Shown here: piece after piece, positions 1 through 12,100 of the stretch | Layout: each line of letters begins with the position of its first letter | Position numbering within the stretch: the stretch's first letter is position 1 | From: Owenia fusiformis | Taxonomy: Eukaryota | Direction of reading: 5' to 3' | DNA length: 64,000 nt | Assembly (NCBI GenBank): GCA_903813345.2 | Contig: CAIIXF020000001.1 | Coordinates: 46,314,001-46,378,000, forward strand | The notes under the pieces: model-generated | The model's database searches: none | What the model was told of the DNA's origin: nothing | The model's input: only the letters and a program-made list of their open reading frames with translations | Position numbers and translations under genes: made by a program

Positions 1-144
1 ACGGAAGTATGAAACATTTATTAAACATGCCCAATATGCAGTACAGTATAAAATATTTCATTAACTAATTACTGGATAGAAAAGGATATATGAGCATGAA
101 CGTATTTAGAATCAGTGGATAATATGTCTTATGATTCTTGCCAG

Positions 145-168
145 GATATTGTATTTATACCCCAACAG
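145..168 (+). CDS. Candidate 24-nt micro-exon of the p85 gene (DIVFIPQQ)
   Basis: TTCTTGCCAG acceptor and CAG|GTAAGA donor; phase 0/0, compatible with exon 4189. Confidence 0.5.
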
Positions 169-3100
169 GTAAGAATAGAATTCATTTTCACATGTTACAT
201 TCACGTGTTATGTATCCTGACATTCTTTCAGTAATCAGAAAAATAATTGAAGATATTTCCATTAAAAACTGTTCAAGGCCAGAGTGCACTTTCGAATTTT
301 TTTTTAATTTTGAAAAGTAAACCACTGAATATTCTAGTTATTCAAACATTCTGAAGAATTATCAACCCTCAATTAATAGTCTAGGAACACCAATGCATCT
401 TTTGTGCAAGAATGAAAGATGTAGATGATGTGTGGAATGAGTTATGTTTATCTGAAAAAAAATAGCACATGTCACAGTGCATGAAATAAGGATTTTTTTA
501 ACCTAGACATTTTGGCAGGCCTGTCAGATTTTAACAAGCCATATCATTTTTTCTCAGGCCAATTTTTGGCAGGCTGTTTCTTCCTTCTCTGGCCAACAAT
601 TTCACTTACCATATTTCTCCACAACCACTCTAAATTGAGATTTAGTTTAGTACAATATTAACAAAGATAAAACTAATTGCATATTGCATGTCATGTATCA
701 TTCACTATACCGTACTTGATGACTTAACCAACAGCCTGAGTGTGTTGATCCCCCCCCCCCTAGATTCACCTTGCAAAAACATGAGGAACATGTACATATT
801 GATCAAACTAAATTGTACTGATTTTGGTCGGTTTAGAATTGCTCAGAAATCAGAAGCTTCAAGGTATTCAAAAACACATATTATGTACACAGACTCCACT
901 AAAATTCAAGGTATATATTATTGGTGTCACGGTCAAAAAAATTCGGTACGGTTTGGATCGGTACAAATGGTCTCGGGATACGGTACTTTCGGGACGGGAC
1001 GGGACAGACAGAACACTAAAAATGATACAATCGTCTGATGATGACAGTTTCACTTTCACTTTCACTTTCATGCTTTTCAAAATCACATTCAGAAATATGT
1101 CAATTAAATCAAACATAAAGCATCTGCCGCGAATGTGATCGGCATTTCACATAGTCTGCATGGTGTACTATCACCAATTCGTTTACCTTGTGATATCGGA
1201 GTCCCAAAATACTTCCAAACTGCCGACTTTTTCGACTTAGATGCCGGCTCGATTTTTCAATTTCTTTCCTACATCCGGCATACTGATAATGCACTCGATT
1301 TGCGAACGACAATTAAGAAATGAGTCATTCATAGCCAATCAAAATCACTGTAATTTCAACAAACAACAACAGCCAATCGAAAGTCACGTTATATCTTGTG
1401 CTTCGGTACCAAACAAAAATATTTTGAAATGTTTTTCAATCTTCAACAAAAGTCATGAAATAAGCCGAAAACGCAGGGAATTCGGAGGATTTCCGGACTG
1501 ATATGTAAGTTCTATTCATGGGCAATCTAACGAATGCCACAAATGTCTAGCAGGCCAAAATGTCTTGGTGTTTTTATCAAAACAAGCCATCCATAATTTT
1601 GTCAGGCCAATGGCCGATGTCGGACGTCTATTTCGCGCACTGCCGACATGGTCATGAAATTTCATCAAAGTGTACCTTACAGGGCCGTAGGGAGAGGGGG
1701 TTCGTAGGGCTCGTGCGAACCCCCCCCCCCAAATCTTGCCTAAAAAAAATTCGAACCCACCCTTTCTGGCAATTATGCAAACCTCCAAACTTTGAGTAAA
1801 ATTTTTGCAGTCTCAATAATTTATCGTTTTTTATTACCCAAAGACAATTGAGTTATATGTGAAGATGGAAATATGTGAGATTTATAGCTTCATTTTGAGT
1901 AAAAAAGATTTTAAAAAAAACATAAAAACAAAAAACTTCTTATCAATAATGGGCGATAATAGGTATGCTCTTTGCACTTTAGGCCTGAAATACTGAAGTA
2001 ATATCTTCAAAATGAATTCCAATGCACAAACAAAGCATACCTACCAAGTTGAAATTATCTGATTGTTGTACATAACGTCAAAATGGTATAATTTTTGATA
2101 TAAATCTACAGAGAATTTTGTTGTGACACTGGGCCGTGATGCACCAAAATTGTGAACGCTAGAAAATTCTTACTTACAACGTTCTTATTTTTTCATGCTG
2201 TAGCTAGATCAGAGAGCAAGTATAAAGATCACTCACACAGAGTTGTTTACTGATTTTTGGCTCCTATTTATTTATAAAGCTCGTTGTACAAGCGATTTAA
2301 AATTGGGGGGAGGGGCAGGGGGTTCTATGTCTGCTAATTTCTGTGAATTTGTGGTATGTTGGGTCCAAATTTAAAAAAATCTGCCCAAATAAATGAACTT
2401 GGTCTTGGGATATTTTACCTATTTTTTGCTTTTGCAATTGTTTGAGATTTGGTAAACTTGAGAAAATTTGGTAAAATTTTAAATTTTAGCGAATGGGCAA
2501 AAATTATGAAAATTTGGCAACAATGAAACTTTGGCAAAATTTATCCATTATTTGCATTTAAGTAAAATTGGCAAAATTTAAATATAATTTTAGAAACTTG
2601 TCAAAAATTAATTAAATTAGACCAAAATTAAGAAAACTGCAAAATTTAAGCAAATTTGGCAAAATTGAGGTAAATTGGCAAACATACAGCAAATTTGGCA
2701 GAATTTCAGCAAATTTAGCAAAATTTAAGCAAATTTGGGAAAATTTAAGCAAATTTGGCAAAATTTAAGCAAATTTGGCAAGATTTAAGCTAATTTGGTA
2801 AAATTGAAACAAAATTTAAGCAAATTTGGCAAAATTTAAGCAAATTTGGCAAAACTTAAGCAAATTTGGCAAAATTTAAGCACATTTGGCAAATTTGGCA
2901 GAAAATATTAGAACCCCCTCCTGACAAATCCTGGCTACGCCACTGCCTTAAACCAGTTGTTAATTTGGTCCTGGATCTATAATCAATGATAAACTGATAA
3001 AATATGATAAATATTTAAATATTTTTCAAAAATCAATAAATCAACTGAAAAATGTTTTTATCCATCCTGAAAACATAAGCACATAGTTATTTTTGTTTGT

Positions 3101-6100
3101 GTACATGTTGTTGACAGTATATCCTGATCATCACCAATCAAGTTCTGTCTAGAAATGCAACATTAACCCTAAAGCACATTCCAGAATGTCAAGCCAGGAT
3201 TATAACTCATCAATTGCATCATGTAGTCGATCCAGATACGAGATACAAAACACAAATACATACAATTAGAAATTCAATCCAAATATGAGACACTGACATT
3301 GCCCACACAGATTTGCCTTACATATTAAAATGATAATAATTGCCGTCACTTTGCTATGCTTCATGCATTATAATTGCATATGATATTATTAATTCTGTAC
3401 ATCATGCAGGTACATATCATTGATAAAGATGATGATAGCATGATTATATATGCTAATTCCCAGGGACTTAAATATACTCATATCCAATAGATGTATTAGC
3501 AAAAATTGAAGATACCACCTAGTTTATATCATTTTCTGTAGGTTCGAAAGGTCAATTTCAATCAACATTTAGATTAACAAAATAATATGTTCTTTATCAC
3601 CATTAGAAAAATGAAGAATGATCTATGATTTATCTTTTATTAAGAGCTAGAGGTAGCCATTGAGGTGTTTCTCTTAGGTAAGGTATACATATCTAAAGTG
3701 ATTTTTCGAGAAAAAAAACTTTCTAATCGTTTGATTAAGTTCCTATAAAAGTTAGTATTAGGACTTCTGCATTGTAGAAAATAGCTTAAGTTGATGAAAG
3801 AGGGATACAAAATTTCTGAGATGTGGCAATATTTTTACCTTTAATTATATCATGGGCTTTTAATAGATTACATGGAATTACCTTGTACTCAATTGTCTAT
3901 ATTATACTGTATCTAAATTGGTGTCAAGTAGAAAGCATATTCATGTTGAATATTTATATAGTATTTATATACATGTCACTTTAATTGGTATTAGCCCCCT
4001 CGTTTTATATGTAACTCTACCAGGTATATTTTGCTTACAATATAGATATTAATAATAACCAGGAATTTATAGAATATTCATGTGTGATGTAAAAAGGCAG
4101 TAACAATTTTCAAGATTAGAAGAATTGTCTAAAATATGTCATTATCCATTTATGTAAATATTCAATTTTTGTGATTTGTGTTTTTCAGCAGTCTTACGGA
4201 TCATCTTTACCTCGTGGAGCTGCTGGGGAAGGTAAGGATATGAATTGAAGAATAAGAGAAAAACCATACTCTTAATTTTACATTAAAATTTTGTTAGGTT
4301 TGTGGGTGGGATGGGAGAGAAGTCGTGTTAAGCAATTTTATTCATGAAAAAATGTGAAAATAAATAATTCATCTTTGTTGGTAAAATGATAAGGGTTATA
4401 TCTTTTGGACTTATTGTGTCCAATTTCGTTGGTTGATGCAGTGGCTAAATTACATCAATTTCACTTATTAGTTTACATTCTGTCATGGCCATTTATGAGG
4501 AGGACATTTTCCATTGGGACAGCTACTTCTGTTACATTTCCTTTGAAGAAAGCAATGGCTGAAACATTGATACCTATTGTTTTCCTATCGATTGAGTTCA
4601 GATTATATGAAATTGCACCTTTTTGTGATCAGTCACTATACTTCACATTCATTTTAAAATCAATTGATTGATGATGAAACATTCCAAGGTATCTAAACCT
4701 GTCATATTATTGAGTGAATTATTTTTCCAGCCAGGATATCCTAGTAATGTTTCATCCAGATCTAATTGAATTGCAATTCTGATGGCATAACTTAATACTG
4801 AAAATATACTCGGTCTATGTATGTTCTGAGAATGTTTTTATGGAAAATCATTCCACTGCAACATTAACATGGATGTTATTGTTATGGAAAACCTAACCCA
4901 TTTTTATTGAATATTTGCTGAATAGAAAAGTTCACCTAGTTTTCTTGGAGCTTTTCTTCATCGATCTGTAAAGTACTTATTAGTCTCACATGGTATAGAA
5001 ATTTATCCCATGATTGTAAGGCTGAATATTGAATATCATGTGAAGATATAGCTGATATGAGGGTTAACATATTTTTCAACAAATAGATTCCTTTTCATGT
5101 GTTTTATTGGATTTCACAGAAACACGAGCAAAATTCCTCAAAACAGGTCTATGTTAGTGAAACAACCAGAAAAAATGCCTCTTAGCTTTTGTTAATAAAA
5201 CACATATACCCGTATATAGAATTTACTATTTGCTCTCTCAACTTCATGAAAGCATTTCTGCAATGCTTGGTATTTTGTATATACTGTCTATTTTGTATAT
5301 ACTTGAGTATAGCTCAAAGAAAAATAAGTCAATCTTAATGATTCTAGGCTGATCTGTCTGACAAATTAGGCAGATCCTTTTGGTGTTGAGCCAAATGGCA
5401 GATAAAAATAACTCATTTTGGCTATATTTAGCATTGTTAAATATTGGCTCTTTCTTTTAAACCAACATCTCTAAAGCATTCTTTGAAATCTCAACTTATC
5501 TAAATAGGCAATTTCCTGAACCCCAGATTTCAAGCTGCATTCTGGAAATTTCTCTGCTCAAGAGGTATACTGGTGCATTCCACTTATGACTTACCACCAT
5601 TATGTTCACCTGGCCTTAAGAAATTTGTTTCAATTGGGGCTATTGTTCATGTATATGTGTTATATAAAGCTATGTAAATTCCTCTTTGACTGTGGGATTT
5701 GTGGTTGAAAGGGCTGTTTCTGTAACCACAAAGTACTATAGGTGTCAAATATTGATATTGGCCATAGACTGAGTATTAGAGTGCAACCTTGAGGCCCAGT
5801 CATAGAGAGCATGCACACTGTCTACAGTCTAATATTATAATACAAATCAATATAGACCCTAAGAATTATCCAGCTTGTCAAGCAATTTTCAAGGTTCTTT
5901 GATGGATAAGTACAGTAAGACCTATTTAAAGTACGTAAAAACTTTCTAAAGTATTGTAAAACCTATTTAAAGTCAGTAAAACCTATCCAAAGAATCGTAA
6001 AATCTATGTTAAGTACATTAAAACCTTTCTAAAGTGCGGTCTAAAACTGGGACTGGCCAATCAGGTTGGCAAGAAAAAATGTTCAAGTGTATTCCCAACA

Positions 6101-9100
6101 AAAGTATGATAATTGTATTTATTATTTCCCTGTAGTGATAATCAGTTTGTGATTGGTCAGTCATGTACCATGTGACTAAAAATACCACAAGGTATTCCAT
6201 CCATGTATAAGTCATCGATGTGAAAGGTGTATTTTAAAATAAATAAATACAGATATTCAATGAATGTGACATCACATGTCTAGGCTATTGAAAACATATG
6301 GCATTATTTATCGAATTTTCATTTTTTGAGACACTATATAGTTAATTAATGAATATTGTTCAACTGTAATATGTATTTCTTCTTTTCTACTCAGATTTTG
6401 ATATACAAGTAAATGAGTGAAATAATAAAACAAATATTGAATTCAGTTTCGTGCAATACCCGTATATATTTCTGGGGGATGTATTCCACTTGCCCTTCGG
6501 GCTGCCTGGAATACACCCTCAGAAATATATACAGGTATTACACTCAACATCACTCAATATTTGTATTGTATTCACTCCATATATGAAATTGTGTATTCAA
6601 TCATTACATGTATGATATTATGTATTTCTTACATATTAATACATGTGTATTCCAAATGAAAATATGATATTGTATATATTCACTATATATATGAAATTGT
6701 GTATTCAGTCATTACATGCATGATATTGTGTATTCCAGCATGCTGTCCTGCAACAGACCACTCATTTGTAGAATACAGCTTCTCCTCCCTACAACAATGC
6801 CATCTATGTGAGAAATTCTTACTCGGCCTTATGCGCCAGGGTTATCAGTGTCAAGGTATGTTATATGCAGAAATTAATTATTTTTGATGTTCGTAATTTT
6901 TGTTACCATTAAATATTTATTACGTGATATTACTTTTTTATTGTCAATGGAAAGTCATGGAAACCAAAATCATTATTCAGAAACTGAAATTACATGTTAT
7001 ACAAATATACTTTAAACATCAAACCCAAAATTACATTTTAAATGTCAAGTTTATCAATGGATTTACAATAATGAGTCGATGATGTACTTGTACAACATAC
7101 TTGTAAGAAGATATTTTATCAATTTTTGCACTAATACAACAGTCAATGATGACCCCCCTAGAATGGATATACTCGTACATGTACTTGATGTACTTTTAAT
7201 GCCTACCATCGCCATAAAATCTAATCCATAAAATCCATAAAATTATTTTTATTTTGTTTAGATTGATAGAAATGATATTTGTTGTTTCTTGTATCCTATA
7301 ATTGTTAGTTGTTACAGTACAAAAATCATTGATGTCATGTGACACATTATGAACATTTGAAAATAATAGAAATAAAATATGAAATGTAAAATGAAGCTGT
7401 GGTCTATGGGAAAATTTATGTGCAAATAACATGTGAAATTGTTGAATCAGTAACTATATTAAAAATATTTTTAGAACACTTTAAATAGCTATATTTTTGT
7501 AAAATAGTATGATATAATCCGGGAGCAATTACCAATAAGACAAACTGGGAAAATAGATTTAGAATTTAAATAACTTGCGTGATTTGATGATTTCAGAGTG
7601 TGGCTTGTGTTGTCACCGCCAGTGCTCAGCAGAGCAAGTCCCAGAATGCAGTCGTGAAAAAACAGAGAAGCTCAGACGGGACAGCTTAAGTTACAGTAAG
7701 TACAATCATTTATGATTCTGAAGTACTGTTTTATAAATTTTTTACAAAAAATTGGAAAATATCAGTTTTTTTTTTATTTATCATTTTTATTTTACGAAAA
7801 ATTACCTGAGTTACCATAAAAAATAACCTTTAATCTATTCACCATTTATATAGAGGATATCCTATGATTTATGAGTGATATGATTTTTATCCACGAATGG
7901 ATATGATATCTGCACGAGCGAGCGTAGCGAGAGAGTGTAGATATCAATATCCATGAGTGGATTAAAATCATATCACGAGTAAATCATAGGATGTTCTTTT
8001 TATTCCATAGTTAAAGTCATCATCAGAATCGTCGAAAATTAAGTTATTTAATTCGAATTTCCAAACGATCCGGCGATGTTGACACTTAGCCTCGTTTTGA
8101 GTCTGAAGTAGCAAAAATCCATAAACCATCGCATACGACGTCGTATGTCATGGCTAAAAAACCGTATGTTATGGTTAAGTGAAAATCTGTCAAAAATATC
8201 ATATTTTACCACTGATTACAAAAATACCGTTTTTATTTTCACATGTTATCCTATAAATATCATGCTAACTATGGAATAAAACTCAATATCTGGTTTGGCA
8301 GTTGGACATATCAATAATTATCCAGGTTACCTATCAATTCATCATTATTGATGTCTTAGCTTTGTTCAGTAATAACAATCAGGAATTGTCTCAGTTATCA
8401 ACAGTTGTGGAAGGATAAAGAACAAAGATTACAATTATAGATTTACATGTACATACAGTACATGTTGCTTTTAATTACTATTTAATTCCTTCTTTAATGG
8501 ATTTCCAGGTTCAATCTTTGGTATAACATTGGACCAGCAGTTCAGTGTTGAGGCGCAAAGTGCCCCTTCTGTTCTCATCAGATGTACCCAAGAGATAGAG
8601 GAGAGAGGGAAACAAAGTGGAGACGATCTTTTCAATGCTTATAAAGCCACAGCTTCTAGTGATAAGATCAACCAGTTGAAGAGTCTCTTCAATGAAGGTA
8701 TGGTGTTCATATATAACTGTTTTTATTACTGGATTGTTTTACTCCAAGATTAAAACCATATCTCATATACTCCCTTCAGTAAGTGGACATTGAAATGATT
8801 TTCTCCCACTTTGATGGCACATGTTAATCATGTATTTAAGTCCTCTCTCATAAACCTAAGTATTCCTTATTCTGTAAAAAAGTCTAAAGGATCAATAGTA
8901 TCACTAAATAGTATCATTAAATTAGTACGACATATACCATAATATTAAATTGATTTTTTTCACTATGCTGAAACATAATAATATTTTACGAGGTGGCTCA
9001 ACCTATAATACATTGTACTATACATGTACTATGTGTTTGGATTTTCATAATACAAAGACCAAACTATATATATTTTTGCATTACAGAAAACAATGAAGAT

Positions 9101-12100
9101 TTGAACCTTGAGGGATTCAGCTTACAAAGTATTGCTGGATTAGTAAAGAAGTACCTTAGAGAGTTACCCAGCCCGGTGATACCTGTCATATTTTATGACA
9201 AGTTTATTCATGCTGCTAGTAAGTACAGATTCAATACAATGTTTCCACTCAACACACATTCTGTTCATGTCATAAACTATAACATTTCCCAAATATTATG
9301 GTACACGATTTCCAGTATGGATTCATCTCAGGCGATATGTAAATAAAAGTCATTACTTTGAAAAAAAAATGTTGCTATTGCTTTTTCCAAATGAACTCTT
9401 GGGTTCACCGTCGTTTGAGAAAAGCAGTCACTAACCATGATTGTACCAAACTAAGCTTCATGATACGTTTTTCTGTATTGATCCATTGACCCATATTGTT
9501 GTTAGCTCACCTTAATATGTTTGGCTTTACACTAAAATTCTGAACTATATGAAGCTATTTTTCATGCCAATTGAAATTTATTTATTTTTATTTATTGATC
9601 CTTCTAGTTACTCATTGAGCATACTGTGGTGTATTTCTTTCTTTTATGCTACTGTTGCAATATCATCATCCCCTGTGTTGTCAGTCTGGGTGTCAGCATT
9701 TTGATGTCAGCATTTAACTTGGAGATGTTCAATTGAGTTTATTGACTGAGAATGGGAACACTCAAGATGTTTTCTTCGACTTATATTTCAATCGTGTTTT
9801 ATTCAATCAATTTCCTTATTATGAAATGTCTAGACAATTCTTTTGTGGTTCAGTATTGTCTTTATAAACAGGCACATGTCAGTGTGTCTCTCTGCAGTAA
9901 TGTTTATTGACCATGTACATATTTATGTTTACGATATAAATTTTTATGATGTCTCAATGTATATTGAGTACTTGATCAAGTAATTGTTGTCACTTACCAT
10001 GTACATATACATTTTTAGTATTTTGATTTGTCGAATGTTATGGTTATATGATACATTTTAGGACATTGTACTTGTGTTTTTATTTGTCTCATATTATGAA
10101 TATATTTATTTCTCCCTAACCATGTTCATCATATATTTTACAATTTTGATATTTTTTATTCTCCAGGACTATCAGACCCCGAGCAGTGTAGAAAGTCCCT
10201 TGTTGATTTAGTCAGTCAACTACCGCCTCATCATCAGTCAACAATAGCTTACTTAATGGGACATTTCTGTCGTATTTGCCAGCACCAGGAGACTATACGT
10301 CAACAGAAACCATTTACATTCTTGGCAGAGGTCTTCTGTCATATCCTTCTTCGACCTAGTTGGGAGAAAATCATGTAAGAACTGGTTTAAACTAGTTTTG
10401 TCTAGATAATTACTTTTTCACAGCTAGATCATGTAGACTACAGTCAATATGATTATTAGGGTGTATTGGATTATTTGGTATTTGGAAACATCTTAAATTC
10501 TCAGATTTCCAAGATGTTAAGTATTAAAGTATTAAATTCCCTGCAGTTCCTTGAGAAATACAAACATTTCCCTCAGAATAAAATCTGAATAAAACTTCCA
10601 GTTCATAACCTTTGTATATTCTATATTGGTGCAATATTTTCAGAGAGATTGTGTACAACACAGAGCTGCATATTGCTATATTTGAACACCTTCTGCAAGG
10701 AGGAGACTGGGGAGAGAAACTGCCTGCACCAAGTAAGAACATAAAAAATAACATTATATGATATTGTTTACTTGTTTCTATAGCAACAGCTTTGATAATT
10801 AATAATGTAGGCAATATTGTTTACTTATATCTATAGCAACAAGTTTAATGCATTTGTATTCAATTCTCCTAAATAGAATACCCTGGTTATAAGTTTGAGT
10901 GCTAATTCTTATAATAAGGATACTCCCATTTTATAAAATTAGCAACTTTATTTTTGATTTGTTATATATGATAAGAGCCTGGTAACATCAGACATTTTAG
11001 AGCTTACTCAAACATGGAAAAACATTTCAATTCAGCGGTGCCACCAAGACCACCTAAACCTAGACCACTGGACCATGCCCCCTCACCTGTGCCAGCTACT
11101 ACCAGTAGTGCTGCTTCACTCAGTGAAGCAGATTGGTATTGGGGAAATATATCCAGAGAGGAAGTGAATGATAAGCTTCGAGATATGCCCGATGGAACTT
11201 TTCTCGTGAGAGATGCATCAACAAAAGCTCATGGGGATTACACCTTGACTTTAAGGTAGGTGATCATAATTTACGATTTTTATTTTCATTCTCATAAGAA
11301 GCAGTCTACTAATATAGAAGAGCATCTTTTTAGCAAATGAAAACTTCCTCTGATGAGTAATCTTTGTAATCATAAATTTGATATGGATATCCCTCCTTTA
11401 AAATATTTCAATGCGCTTTTATAACTTGTAATGTCACATTCCATATTTTGTATCATTTACAAACATGTTAAACAATTTTTAATGGAATATAAAACATATA
11501 TTGTTCTCCAGGATTATTGCTTAAAGGTTATTGAAAATAATTCTAATGCAAACATTATGTTCTTTACAGGAAAGGAGGGAGCAACAAGCTGATAAAAATA
11601 TTCCACGCGAATCAACGGTATGGTTTCGTAGAGCCCTATGAATTCAAATCAGTCGTAGATTTGATTAATCACTATAGGTCCAACTCGTTGGCCCAATATA
11701 ACAAGACACTAGATGTCACTCTGCAACATCCGATTTCACGATTTGATAAGGTAAGTCATTAGAAGATTACGTTTGTTTTTTAAGTGTGTTTCAAAGTATA
11801 TTTTAGTTCAATTTGAATAATCAATGTTTTTGCTCATTTAAGATCATTCTCAAACTGGGAGCATTCACTGTATATAAGCAATTTGATTCCTTTTTGGCAC
11901 ATTTTAGATAGTAGTCTAGAGCCCATTGAAATATTTACAATTAGCAGACATTTGTAACATCAGTTTATTGTTTCTGTTTTTTTTGGTCCGTGTACAATTA
12001 TGAATTGAAATTAAACAGAATATACCCTGAAATGGGATGTCTCTGATTAATGTAATGTTTTTAATGTTTCTATGTTTTTTCTAAAAACAATATATTTGAA

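Noticed and set aside
688..1799. Cluster of overlapping 60-116 aa ORFs
   Set aside because: No recognisable domains; they lie in CpG-rich transposon-like sequence within a p85 intron
2640..2900. Regular repeat array as a possible CRISPR
   Set aside because: Head-to-tail units with no unique spacers; eukaryotic context with no cas genes
3541..3550. 9-nt micro-exon GTTCGAAAG
   Set aside because: The donor GTCAAT is too weak to support it
11014..11035. ATG of ORF 11014 as the start of a p55-like isoform
   Set aside because: Lies in a 303-nt intron just before a good acceptor; no promoter evidence
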